DNA of 64,000 nucleotides, taken from assembly GCF_009914755.1 (NCBI RefSeq), contig NC_060938.1. The stretch is one strand, 5' to 3'. A model generated the notes under the pieces. It made no database searches and was not told where the DNA came from. It saw nothing but the letters and a program-made list of their open reading frames with translations. This DNA is from the human T2T-CHM13v2.0 reference genome, Homo sapiens. A program made the translations under genes and the position numbers. This document shows, piece by piece, positions 1 through 13,692 of the stretch (positions are counted from its first letter, which is position 1; each line of letters opens with the position of its first letter).

Positions 1-679
1 AACTTCTTAGAAAAATATAATGCTGCCAATTCCTTTCCTCAAAAAGAGGAAATAATTCTTGAAATGGACCGTCACCCATTGTCCATTTTTTTAACACCCT
101 TGCCTATTCTTGCCCTTAACCCAAATCACAAAAATGCTAAGAGGTAAACTTTTTAAAAACACGTTCCTGAGGAAATTTCAACTAAATCCACTACAGACAT
201 TGCATAAATTCACTGGGCTTCTCCCATAAAGTTTCAAATTGGCCCAAACAGCCGCTTCCTAATATAAGACAGTTGATATTCCTTTGGTTGATTGAGTATT
301 GGTGTTTCTTTGATTGACCTCCCTTTGGTTGAGGTTGATGCGTTTATTTGGGAATTTGGGGACAGTTGTCCCATTTGTTCTGGGAAATGCTTTTAGCTTT
401 TGTGTAGGGTCTTCCTGGGGGCTGAGGGTCTTCCTGGTGGATGACAGCAGAGGGGGGCTTCCTATTGGTGAGCACTATTACAACTATGGGTTTATTTAAT
501 TTTAAACCTTATAATGATATCTTCCTTCTTTAACTCCAGCTGGTTACATATTTGAACCAGCTTTATTGGAGGGAGACACATGGAGGTAGGGAGAGACAGA
601 TATTAAGAACCAAGAAGTTTTTAAAACAGAAGATATATAGAAAAAGAAAAATCTAAATCACAGAACTCTAATATGCTCA

Positions 680-835
680 AGATATCAGGTTCAAGACTTG
701 CTTCTGCTACTTTTCCCAAATATAAATGTGGAAAAAAGTGCTTACCACACTGAAACTTAATTTTCATTTTGCAAACTGGCATTGGAAAGTGTACTTAATA
801 CATAAGTTTGTTGTGATATTAAATGAGATACAACA
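680..835. mobile_element. MIR SINE relic
   Basis: Degenerate MIR core motifs (ggttcaagacttgcttctgctact ... ttttcattttgcaaactgg ... gttgtgatattaaatgagata); boundaries approximate. Confidence 0.5.
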
Positions 836-1503
836 ATGATTTTCAAATATTTCACCCATGTCCCATTGTAAAAAGTACATTAAGAATAGAGGCACACACA
901 CAGACTAATAATAATATAAAATTAAAACAAAAGCCACACAAAATAATGCCTAATCTGATTAAAGGTAATAAACTCTGAAATATGTATTTTATTCTATTAA
1001 AAATACTGCTTGAGACACACTAAAATGATTCTATGGTGCATTAAGTAGTTGTAAAGTACATTTTAAAAACACAGAAATAAGTTATCACTTATCACTGTAC
1101 TTGATATATTTTAATCAATTTTTAGTGTTAAGGTCTTTGTACTGGCACTATATTTTTTATTCTTTTTACGTCCTTTTATTTTTTTAATGATTTATTGGCC
1201 TCAATTTCCAAATTCAGTGTTCATAACATAAACATTTATTTTCTTCTTGTGTTTTATTATAAGAGATATAGTTCTGAAATTTTAAAGAATGACCGAAGTA
1301 AAAATATTTTCAGAAATTATTCTGGAAAATGAATTTTTTTTTATTTGTCTCCAAAATTACAAATGAGCCATTTTAATGGTTTAAACATGGAAACTCTTTT
1401 AGTTATTTACAAAAATTTAACTCAACCTTTCCTCCTAAAATATAATGTTTACCTTCTGGGAAAAAAAAAGAAAGAAACAAAATAAAACATATTGGCTTAT
1501 TCA

Positions 1504-1854
<351 letters not shown>

Positions 1855-4534
1855 GAGGGGGATGAGTATAATGAATCAAGTTCAATAATAAAAAAAACTT
1901 ATCAATGTATTTGTTTTATCCATAAAGTGGCACCAAACATTCATTACATAATTTTGTTTCTATGAAGGAGAAGGTATATTTACATTTTTCTACATTTCCA
2001 AGCTGCCTGTGATTTCAAATTTTAAGCAAATGTTAAATAGATTTATAGAAATTCAGTTAGAAAAAGCACAAATTACAGATATCTTACTAACCATTAATAT
2101 ACACAACATATATATACAAAAATCTTTGAGGTCTTGTATACTTACTATAATTATGCCTTTAAATAACCTGGGTGTAGCGAGGTATGAGCAGAGAAGACCT
2201 TCAAAGTGCTCGAGAAGTGTTCATTGATACTTTAGATTCTCATTTATAATAGCATGCATTTTTTTGAGTAAAAACTGAATATATGTTTATGCTAGAACAT
2301 TTGAAAAGTTAAAAGATGCTATGAAGAAGTCAATTTTGGAAACAACCTGAAAGATAAGCCCTGCTAACAAATCCTTATGGATGTAGCATAATTTATTCAT
2401 GTAATTTTTAGTGTTATTAAAAGCCTATTTTAGCATATTAATTCCAAAGCAACATTCAAGTGCATACGTATGCTTGTATGAGGGCATAAACTAGCTTTGT
2501 TTAAAGCAGAATATATACATGAAACATAGACAAAAATGTCAATGTTGTCTCTGGAAATGCAAGTGATTTTCAGTTTCATTATGTTTGCTTGTTTTTTTCT
2601 CATTTTTCAATAATATATGCTTTGTGCAATAGAAATATAACATTAACAAAACAATTTAATGAATATTCTTGTCTGTATTTTTGAAAATATTTTCATTTAA
2701 GAAAGCTCATAAGAATATAATTACTGGCCTAGGGTTTATTCAAAATTAAATATTTTTAACCATCTTAAATTGTCCTCCAGAATTGTTGTATCCATTAATC
2801 CGAAATACCCTGCATGGAAGGGCCTTTTTGACAACATATTCATAACAATTTAATGCTATCTCTAACAGTTTGATGGGTTAGCTTCTCTATGTTAATTTAC
2901 ATTTATCTGATTACTCTAAAATATGCATATCTTTCAAAGTATATTTGCCATTTTTAGTTGTCTCTTTGTTCATATTAATTGTTTTTTTGGTTATTTGCTT
3001 GCTTGTTTCAGTTTATTGCTTTGGTGGATGAGGTTTGTAAAATTCTAACATTTTACTATACTTTTTAGTTCATGAATTTTTAAATTGTCTACTCTGAATA
3101 TTAAAAAGATGAAGTGCTTCATATTGTATAATTCTATTAGGTATCTCAATCTGTAAATGAAGATAACATGATGTTGTAGCATTATAAGCTTTCTAATATT
3201 CAAAAGTACTTATTGCTGAGGGAAGTAGATCAGATTATTTGCATTTTATTTTTACTCTCTTCATTGGATTATTAAACAGATTCTTTTAAGCCTAATTGCT
3301 ATCTGTGGAATTAAGCCTTAATTACTGGCTATTTTTTGCAAGCTGCTACCATGAATGTATCTTATTTATCTATCTCCCCAATGTCTAAAATGCAATATTT
3401 AAGACGTGATATAGGGGCACAATAATCTGGAATGTCTAGGCATTTTTAAAAAATTGTTAAAATAAATGTGCTTTATAATTTTAATGTTACTAAATATTTA
3501 TAAAGAAATAATATAAGTAATGTCTTAGAACAGGATCAATGAAGAGTCCATACAGGGTTAACATGCTCAAAGTTCCAATGTTTGCTTAATGTATTTTTCT
3601 TTAAATATAATTGATCCCATTGGACAATATACTGTTCTAGAACTAGGACACTCTCTTTTTCATCTTTATATCTCTAGTACTTAGCACAGTTCCCAGAACA
3701 CACAAGACACTCTATTAAACTATTTTAAACTGAACCATTAGATTCCAAAAATATATATGTCAAATAAATGAAAAAATAATGACTTACAGGTACTAAATAT
3801 TAGAAATCTATCATCATTCAGCATCAACTGTTTTTAAAGTCCACCTTCAAATATGAGTTATAGGCAATGTAGCAGATATTTTTATTTGAATTTATTTTAT
3901 TTTGGAAAAAATTGCCAACTCCCTGAGACACCTTTAATTATCTGGAGTAACTTAAGGGTACAAAGTAAATTAAAATATGTTTACTAATATTAAAAAATCA
4001 AGATGTATTAGGAAACACAATGATGGGTTTTTTTCATGTATTTTTTAACTAGGATTCAACAGCCTGTAAGAATGTATTGCTTATTTTATGGTATGTATTT
4101 GTTCAGTATATTTCTATGCATCCTTGACTTCTTCAGTTGATTTGGGCTTTAGATAATTATATCCATATTCTGTGAACCAATATGAATCCCTTTTCCACAA
4201 AATATAACAAATCTTTCTGTCATATTTGTACTTGTATTTTCATGGCTATTTTAATAACAAAAATATTTTAGTAAAATGATGTTTTATAACTAATTTAATC
4301 ACTTTTTTAAGTTTTGGCAATTTTCGAACATTATAAAAGTCATGAGTGTTAAACTCTACAGGCTTGTATTATCCATGCAAGGAGGAAAGTTGTAGTGTAA
4401 AACTTGTACGTTTTTTAATGGGGAAAGAATCAGATGATTCATTTAAAGCACTGGATAGAGTACTTGGCACATAGCTTGTGATAAATAAATGTATTTACTA
4501 TAGTTAATATTACTTAGAATGATGGTATTTCCTT

Positions 4535-5020
4535 ATTAGGTGGGCCCCAGACTAAACTGTAATATCAATGAGATTAAATTATACTACTGAAATAGTTTTT
4601 TTTCCTCTCTCATGAAACAGTACAGATGAAGGTAGGCTATCTAGATTTCAGTAAATAACTCTTCCTGCTCAAGGTCCATAGTCTTGTCTTTGCTTACTTA
4701 CTGTGACGTTTATTATGATATAGTTATCATATACTTGGCTGAAGAAGATGAAGCTAACAGACACCTGTTCTCTTCACAAAGAAAAATGAAAAGTGAAGGG
4801 CAAGCATCTTTAAAAAGTTGCTCTCAAAAGTTGAATACATCATTTCCCATTAAATCCCTTTGTCCAGAATGTAGTCACTTGGTAGCATTATCCCTAGCTA
4901 TTAGAGATGCTGGAAAATGGAGTTTTTTGGTTAGATGGCTATATGCTCAGAACTTAGGACATTATTGCTGAAGGGAAGAAAGAAACTGGAGATATTAGGG
5001 AATAATTGTCAGGCTTGGCC
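4535..5020 (-). mobile_element. Old MaLR LTR (MLT1J/K-like), probably followed by MLT1-internal sequence to about 6250
   Basis: Motifs ctctctcatgaaacagtacagatgaaggtaggc and ttgtccagaatgtagtcacttgg...gatgctggaaaatggagtttt resemble MLT1J/K; highly diverged. Confidence 0.5.
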
Positions 5021-6284
5021 AACGTCCGTTCCTCTAAGCACACAAGTGTCCACAGATATATTTCTTGCAATACATAAACCCACTCACACATACAAAGGAG
5101 GCAATTTTAAATTTCCACATCCAGCTCTAAAATCCATTATTTCTAGGCAATGTGGAGAAGTGCAGTGCTCTCTACCAGATCCAGATAGATAGATAAATCT
5201 TCATTTTCTTCAAACTATAAACTAAAACATATTTTCTGCCCTACACATACACAACTAATATACACTACTGGTATAGGAGCTGTATTATTTCAATAAACAT
5301 TCCCAACCTGAAAATTCTCATTTTGAAAAAAATGGGTAGATATGGGATGGGGGCAGTTACTTTTCCACAGCAGTTATTAAATTCTGAATGGCAGAAATTG
5401 TGAAGACTCTCTGACCTGACATATAGACTTCTTCTTTATCATTAGTTTGCTTTTAAACAAACCTATCTATTATCCTTTAGGGTCTCTGGCTTTGCCATCT
5501 AGTAGCTTCTTCCCTATCTATTATCCTGCACATTCACATCAAATGGCATAAAATTGTGTATCCTCATTGGCAGAAACACAGCTTCTACAACCTGCTTTCT
5601 TGGGTGAAGGTTGCAGATCCAGAGGTTGCAAGTTGCTTTAGGAGTTGAGGAATGCCAGGTATTGAGACGATAATTTTAAGCCTTTTTATTGACAGTATAT
5701 TTACCACAGACTTAGTAGTTTCTGGACTGTTCACTGTCAGTTAGTTCTAAATGTAAGCCACTAAAGCCAAGTTTATCATCTAAATACAATTTTTAAGTAT
5801 AAAGTCTCTCATTTAGTTTATTTAGTTTTCTCTTCTCAGCATATACCCTTCTTTCTCAATATAATGAAAACTAACTTGTGGATATCTGAGCACTAAGTTT
5901 AGATGTTTGAGTGGGAAGGATGTTTCTGTGGGGCTGGCTCTCATTTTCTGGTAGAGGACACTTAAACTCAGAACCTTTTCAAGAACCTCCCTTTATCTCT
6001 TTATCTCTGGCTGTTGGGTGTGAAAAATCAGTCCTTTTCCCTAACATCACAGGCTTCAACTAGCAAGGCATGAAGGTTCAGTAAATTTAGGCTGCAGGCA
6101 GCTAACACAGTTCCCTTAATGAACTTCAGCTGAGCTGCTTGCAAAATGTGAAACTGCTTGAGTTTTTTATGACTTTGCAGCTTTTGAAAATTATAGCCTA
6201 CAAATTTGTAGATTTTTATTCAGTTTGGTTTTGTTTAATGTTCATAATTAGAATAATGTTATAGACTTTTGTTATAATTGTTGA

Positions 6285-6720
6285 ATTGTTTTTTAGTGCT
6301 TCCATAACATAATACCAAACACTGGGCGGTTAAACAAAGAAATGTATTGTCTGATGATTGTGGAGGCTGGAAGTCAGAGATCAAGGTGTCGGCAGGGCTG
6401 GTTTTATCTGAGTCCTTTCTCCTTGGCCATCTACAAGCCAAGGAGCTATGATGATAAATACATGTATTGACTATACTTAATATTACTTACAATAATAATA
6501 TTTATTTATTAGGTGAGGCCAAGACTAAACTGTAATATCAGTGAGGTTAAATGATACTACTTACACTTTTTTCCCTCTCTCATGAAACAGTACAGATGAA
6601 GGTAGGCTACACATGATAGGCCTATAGAAGAAGGTAGGCCATCTACAAGCCAAGGAGAAAGGACTTACATGAAACCAGCCCTGCCAACGCCCTCTATCTT
6701 TACATGGTCTTCACTCTGTA
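6285..6720 (-). mobile_element. MLT1A/B-like MaLR LTR, internally rearranged
   Basis: ccataacataataccaaacactgggcggttaaac...ggaggctggaagtcagagatcaaggtgtcggcagggctgg...tacatggtcttcactctgt; interrupted by inverted and duplicated segments (see findings). Confidence 0.8.
6444..6609 (+). repeat. About 165-bp direct duplicate of 4473-4639
   Basis: Colinear match by eye (about 85-90%); the final 36 nt cctctctcatgaaacagtacagatgaaggtaggcta are identical. Confidence 0.95.
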
Positions 6721-6749
6721 ATGAATAATAATTTGGGGTAAGAGTACTT

Positions 6750-7395
6750 TCACACTATGTATATATTCTATTCTCATTAAACTTTCATTTTGTGTATTAC
6801 TCATTTATTCATATCTTATGTACTCATATTTTCTTCCTGCATTGAATATAACTCATTTCTATTATTATTATTTCTCTAACTGTCCTCAATTTAGCCACAA
6901 GAAGTCATTTTAAGTGGAATTTTATTTCCTTAGACATGCCCTCATCAAATACTTCTTTACCTTCTGAAATAAGATATTCCAGTCTTATCTTATACTTTCC
7001 TGGTTTCAGCTATGGAATTAACCATTTCCTCGAAGCATATTGCTTTCCTTTAGTAGAGAATGAAATTTAAAAGCCAAGACATGGGTACTAGATATACTCA
7101 TTGCAGTCAACATATCACTGTTACCAGACCCTCTCCTATACAGAGTTATAGAATACAGCTCATAAATATATGTGTATATACAAAAACAGATCTATACATA
7201 CCCATTTACATCTATAGTTATGTCTATATCCATATACACATCAAAAATCATGAATTGCCACCAATATATTTCCAAATCCAATATGTCATTACAGGGTTCA
7301 AACTCTCCCCACTCACCTTGAGAAACATAGACTCTACCATGTTTAATGTATGAATGGTTTGTTCCAGTTCCCTATAGGTAACCAATCTCCATTTC
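6750..7395 (-). mobile_element. L1MC-type 3' region fragment
   Basis: tggaattaaccatttcctc...cctttagtagagaatgaaatttaaaagccaagacatgggtactagatatactcattgc matches the recalled L1MC3/4 3' UTR. Confidence 0.65.
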
Positions 7396-8298
7396 CATGG
7401 GTCCAGAGACTAAGGTTGGTGAGGAAGGGACCTTGTTGTGGCATGCCCAGGACAGAGGAGCACTAGAATTGTGAAAATAATGTCCATGAAAGGCAGCAGT
7501 CTGATGCAGGCCTCTTAGCCTGAGCAGAGTCAAGAGTGCTTCCATAAGAAGGGACATCCTGGCATGGATTGGCAGAGCTAAAATGGGATGACAATAGCAC
7601 CAGCACTGGAGAGGAACTTAGAACCCAAGTGGGAAAAAGAGATGATATATGAATGAGCAGCCTAGCATGGGGTAACAGAACCCAAATTAAGTGAGGAGGT
7701 GTCCATGGGGATGGAGATGAGATGGGGAAGTCCTGGTACAAAGCCCAAGAGCCCGAAGCAAAATGAAGAGAGAACTGATGCTTGTTCTGACCCTAATGAA
7801 TTGGAGTTGATTAGGTTGAAGAAGGCAATCGTGTAGTGTGTGGCATTTGGGGTAGGTACAGCTCACTCACCCTGGGATGGCAGAACCCAAGAATATGAGG
7901 AAAGTAATTGTGAAAGAAACCATATGGCCCAAGAAGCTTATAATACTTATTATCTGATTCTTTATTTTAAAAGTGTGTTAATCTCTGACCTGAGAATAAA
8001 GTCTCCAATGACTTGACCATAGTCTATAACTTCCTTCAATGAAACATACTTTTGAACTTTGTACTAGTCTTTAAATAGAGTATTCATGGTTTTCCAAAAG
8101 CTATTTCTTATGACAATAATATGCTTTCCTACCTAGTTCACCTGATAAACTCTTGTTTTCTCAGACCAAGCTTAGTTATCATTTATTTTGTAAAGCATTT
8201 TTTTTTTTTTACCTTTGGCCCTCAGTAGAGAAATGTCCTACTTTTCTTATGTTATTTTTATTTTTTATTCTTCTATAATACAACTTATATTGTCATTT

Positions 8299-8370
8299 GA
8301 TATATATACACACATATACATATATAAATCTATATACAAATATACACATTCATATATATATATATATATA
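8299..8370. repeat. (TA)n/(CATA)n compound microsatellite
   Basis: Directly visible. Confidence 0.85.
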
Positions 8371-10159
8371 GGTGTGTACCTTATCTCTAAACTGAGTTAT
8401 GGGAGGGGGAGTTAAATTCATTGACATTTCTTTCACTGTATGCAATGAATGATTTCTAAATACATGAGATAATTGCATCTAATTTTACTGGTATCATGGA
8501 GAGAAAAAGGTAATCACATAACTCATATTTATTCATCTAAGTCTTATCTCCTTAACATAAATGTCTCCTTATATTTTACTCATTTTTCTAGTCATTGTTT
8601 CTGAAAATTTATTATATCTTTTTCTTCATAAGCTGACCTGGTCATAATTTAAACTGTACTTTATAACTCAGCAGTCAGTCTTGTTAATAATCTTAATCTT
8701 TTTAAAGTATGGATATATTATCCCAAGACAGCTTATTTTTTTCTTTGTTCTATCTCAGGACTATCAGGCAGCTAATCCTTTATCTATCCCTAATACTCTT
8801 ATGGTAGTTTTCCAGAATCTATAGAAGATTCTATTTCAATCTGCTATAGGCTAATGGCAAGCAACCAAGTTTGAGTTATATATTAAATGATAGTTAGTAA
8901 GGCTCTAAATAAGAAATAAGTATATTGGATATATTACCTGAATAAACTTTATGGCAAAGTTTTATGTATTCTAAGGCATTCTATTGTTTGCTAAGTTTAT
9001 ACTGTTACTAATAATTGAAATTTTATTGCTGAACATCTAAATTTGAGACACTACTATATGTGTATATTTTGTGTTCAATTCAAGGCTTAAGAGTTTTAAA
9101 AGATTGTATTTATTTTTGGGGGCTTTAAAATTCATTGAAAAGCGATATTTCAAATAATTTGTGATTTTTGCAGATGTCGAATTTGAATTCAGAAGGCTAT
9201 AGTGAAATATATATATAATTTTCCATTATCAATCCTAATATTGTGCTTATACTATGCACTAATGACCCAGAAAGCAATATTGCTGTTGTAAACTGCTAAG
9301 CATGTGCCAAATATTTTGCCTTTCCATGCCTGCTTCAAAATGTCATGTCTTTCAGCTGTTCAACTTCCAGCTGCCAAAAATAAATGAGTTTACACTGCTG
9401 GTTCTATTTTATTTTTCTAAATCAAATTCCACTGCCAATTGGAAACTTAATCAATGATACATTGTATATATGATATTACTGTTGATAATAATAACAAATA
9501 CATTTATTTTATCAGGTGCATGAATTCTGTAAAATTATATTTTTTCACTTTAAACTTTTCAAATAGGTTAAAATAAAGTGAAAAAAGGTTGTTTTAATCA
9601 ATAAGAAATATCAATCGTGTATACTTACTATACATGTATATAATATATGATAGATACAATATATAATCTTTGTATCTATAATCTCTGTTACATACATTTT
9701 GGATCCTTGTCTCATTTAGTATGTTTTATGGAAGTAAAACAAAGTTCAAAGTTCATTGCTGTACAAACAAAAGTAGAAACAACTGATATAAATAACTGGT
9801 ATTATTTGTCACTACAAACTCATATTTGTATATCATCAATATAAACTCAAAGTTTTGTAATTTTTGACATTTTCTTACAATTTAGCTAAGGCTTCATTAT
9901 GTAGAGAAGTGGAAATTATATCAAACTCTGTGATTAAAAGTGTTCACAGTAGTGCAGAATTTGAAAATTTCTGCTGTAGCTTTGCACTGAATTGCTTTCA
10001 ACAGTCTTTATCTTCATAGAATCCAGATGCTATTTTCCACTTATAATACTTGTTATAATTGTCAATTTTTAGATGCCTCATTTTTTACATTAAAATTAAA
10101 ACTGACCATAGATAAATTGATTAATAAAATAAAGAAAACATGTGAGAAAAAGAATAAGT

Positions 10160-10250
10160 ATGTATAGAAGTATATATGTGTGTATATAAATATGTATATA
10201 TTTGTTTTAAATCTGTATATATAAATATATATAAATATATGTATATATTT
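10160..10250. repeat. TA-rich low-complexity tract
   Basis: Directly visible. Confidence 0.7.
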
Positions 10251-11204
10251 AAGTTTTTGTGAACTAAGGAAAAAGACTGTATTCTCAAACCAAATTTTAG
10301 ACAATCCAAAAGTGAATGCAGTACACATTTATAAATTAGTGCTCTTATAATTTTTTATTAGTTTATTTAAACTGTTATTTCTTCCAGTGGTTAAGACTGA
10401 TATTAGTTATATCTCACCTGCCTGACATCTGAGAAGGACTAAAATTAAGAATAAGAACCATTTGGAAATATGAATAGCAATGTCTACATACAGAGCATGA
10501 GATCTGATTAAGATGTTGCCTTCTTTTCTCATACTCTCTGTACTACTTATGTAATATCAACTACTATCAGATATAAATCTCTCCTAAAAAAGACATTAAC
10601 ATCTTATTTTAAGGAAACAACTTAGAAAAAAGTTTTCCAGGTGGATTAACATGAAAGAGACCCAGGTACCAGGAAGTTTGCATTTTCATCCAAAAGGCTT
10701 TGTCTATACAGATTTTCACTTCAATAAAGCTGAGGATGACCTTTAAAAGAGGGAAGACTACTCCAGCATATAGATCCAGTGGTCCTAAACTCACCTCAGT
10801 ATGCTGAGCAACAACATTGTTCAATTATTTATGATTTAGTCTTATCAATGGATTATTATTTCAAAAAAACAAAATGTTTATGAACAGAACTTTAAAAATC
10901 ATACCTACAACCAACTGATTTTCAAAAAAGTCAACAAAAAGATATATACTGGGGAAAGGACACCCTGTCGATAAATGGTACTGGAAAACATGCATAGCCA
11001 TATGCAGGAGAATAAGATGGAACCCATCTCTCACCATATACAAAAACTAACTGAAGATGGGTAAAAAATGTTAAGACCTGAAACTATAAAAATTCTAGAA
11101 GAAAGGCTAGGAAAAACTCTTTTGGACTTTGGTTCAGGCAAATAATTTATGACTAAAACCTCAAAAGCAAATACAGCAAAAACAAGAAAAGACAAATGAG
11201 ATTT

Positions 11205-11560
11205 TTTTTTTGAGGTAAGGTTTCTGTTTTTCATTCATTCATTCATTCTTTCTTACTTTTTTTTTTTTTTTTTTTTTTTAAAGACAGATTCTTGCTCTGT
11301 TGCCCAGGCTGGATTGCAATGCCACCATCTTGGCTTACTGTAACTTCTGCCTCCTAGGTTCAAGCACTTCTCATGCCTTAGCCTCCCAAGTAGCTGTGAT
11401 TACTGGCACCCACCACCATGCCCGGCTAATTTTTGTATTTTTCACAGAGACAGACTTTCACCATGTTGGCCAGGCTGGTCTCAAACTTTTGGCCTCAAGT
11501 GATCTATGCACCTTGGCCTCCCAAAGTGCTGAGATTACAGGTGAGCCACAGTGCCCAGCC
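11205..11560 (-). mobile_element. Alu (AluJ/old S) with compound tail, inserted in L1MA
   Basis: Full reverse Alu; TSD acaaatg(a/g)gattt at 11192-11204 and 11562-11574. Confidence 0.95.
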
Positions 11561-12190
11561 AACAAATGGGATTTAAACTAAAAAGCTCTGCACAGCAAAA
11601 GAAATAATCAATAAACAGGCAACATACAGAGTGTGAGAAAATATTTATAAACTGTGCATCCAACAAAGGATGAAGATCCATAATCTATGAGGAACTCAAC
11701 TCAAGAAATAAAAAAAAAAAAATTAAAAAGTGGGCATAGGTCATGAACAGACATGTCTTCAGAAGAAGACAAACAAGAGGCTAACCAACAAAAATATTTT
11801 TAAAATGCTTGACATCACTAATTATCAGGGAAATGCAAATTAAAATCACATTGAGATACCATCTTACACCAGTCAGAATAGCATTAGTAGTAGTAGTAGT
11901 AGTAGTAGTAGTATTTATTATTATCAACTTAACTTTAATTTTAAGTTCAGGGGTACATGTACAGGTTTGTTGTATAGGTAAACTTGTGTCATGGGGGTTT
12001 GTTATACAGATTATTTTGTCACCCAGGTACTAAGCCTACTATCTATTTTATTTTTCCTGATCCTTTCCTTCCTCCCACCCTTCACCCTCCAATATGTTTC
12101 AGGGTCTGTTGTTTCCTTCTATGTGCCCATGTATTCTCATTATTTAGCTCCCACTTATAAGTGAGAACATGCTGCATTTGGTTTTCTGTT

Positions 12191-12547
12191 TGATATTGGT
12201 TGACCGTGTCCCCACTCAAATCTCATCTTGAATTCCCATAATTCCCATGTGTTTTGGGAGGGACCTGGTGGGAGATAATTGAATCATGGGGGCATTTTCC
12301 TCCATACTGTTCTCATGGTAGTGAATCAGTCTTACAAGATCTGATGGTTTTATAAGGGGAAACCACTTCCACTTGGTTCTCATTCTTTCTCTTGCCTGCT
12401 GCCATGTTAGATGTGCCTTTCACCTTCTGCCATGATTGTGAGGCCTCCCCAGCTACGTGGAACTGTGAGTCCATTAAATCTTTTTTCTTTATAATTTACC
12501 CAGACTCAGGTGTGTCTTTATCAGCAGTGTGAAAATGGTCTAATACA
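12191..12547 (+). mobile_element. THE1 (B/C-like) solo LTR
   Basis: tgatattggttgaccgtgtcccc...gtgaaaatggtctaataca; TG..CA ends; 5-bp TSD ctgtt. Confidence 0.93.
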
Positions 12548-13342
12548 CTGTTCCTGTGTTAGTTTGCTAGCAATAATGCCCTCCAGCTCCATCCATGTTC
12601 CTGCAAAGCACATGGTCTCATTCTTTTTTATGGCTGCATAGTATTCCATGGTGTATATATACCACATTTTCTTTATCCACTCCATCATCAATGGGTATTT
12701 ACGTTAATTTCATGCCTTTGCTATTATGAATAATGCTTCAATGAACATACACATGCCTGTGTCTTTATAGCAGAACAATTTATATTCCTTTAGGTATGTA
12801 TCCAGTAATGGGATTGCTGGGTGGAATGGTTTTAGGCCTCTGAGGAATTTCCAAACTGCTTTGCACACTGGCTGAACTAGTTTACTATCCCACCAACGGT
12901 ATATAAACATTCCCTTTTCTCCATAACCTTGCCAGCATCTGTTTTTTAATAGTAACCATTCTGACTGGTGTGAGATGGCATCTTATTGTGGTTTTGATGT
13001 GTATTTTTCTAATGATCAGTGATGTTGAGCTTTTTTTCATATGATTGTTGGCCACATGTGTGTCCTCCTTTGAAAAGTACCTGTTCATGTCCTTTGCCTA
13101 CTTTTTAATGTTTTTTTTAGTTGTAAAGTTGTTTAAGTTACTTATAGATGCTGAATATTAGATCTCTTTCAGTTGCATAGTTTGCAAAAGTTTTCTCTCA
13201 TTTTGTAGGTGTCGGTTCAATCTGTTGACAGTTTCCTTTGCTGTGCAGAAGGTCTTTAGTTTAATTAGATTCCATTTGTCAGTTTTTGCTTTTGTTGCAA
13301 ATGCTTTTGGCATTATATTGACTTTGTATCCTGAGACTTTGC

Positions 13343-13692
13343 TGATATGGTTTGGCTGTATCCCCACCCAAATCTCATTTTGAATTCCCATGTGTTGTGG
13401 GAGTACCAGTGGGAGGTAATTGAAGCATGGAGGCAAGTCTTTCCCATGTTGTTCTTGTGATAGTGAGTAAGTCTCATGAGATATGATGGTTTTAAAAAAG
13501 GGAGTCCCCCTGCACAAAATCTCTCTCTTTGCTGCCATCCATGTAGGATGTGACTTGCGCCTCCTAGCCTTCTGCCATGGCTGTGAGACTTCCCCAGCCA
13601 CATGGAACTGTAAGTCCAATTAAACCTCTTTCTTTTGTAAATTGCCCAGTCTCGGTACGTCTTTATCAGCAACATGAAAACGCACTAATACA
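13343..13692 (+). mobile_element. THE1 (A/B-like) solo LTR
   Basis: tgatatggtttggctgtatccccacccaaatctc...gaaaacgcactaataca; 5-bp TSD tttgc. Confidence 0.95.

Noticed and set aside
1447-1480. Minus-strand strong acceptor with a 3-nt AAG micro-exon (cccag|AAG|gtaaac)
   Set aside because: The pyrimidine tract is just an A-rich run on the other strand and the donor is weak; expected by chance.
13158-13675. Long overlapping ORFs (153 and 120 aa)
   Set aside because: Chance read-through of an antisense THE1 LTR into L1.
12191-13692. Two THE1 LTRs as one provirus
   Set aside because: Different TSDs and L1 sequence between them; independent solo LTRs.
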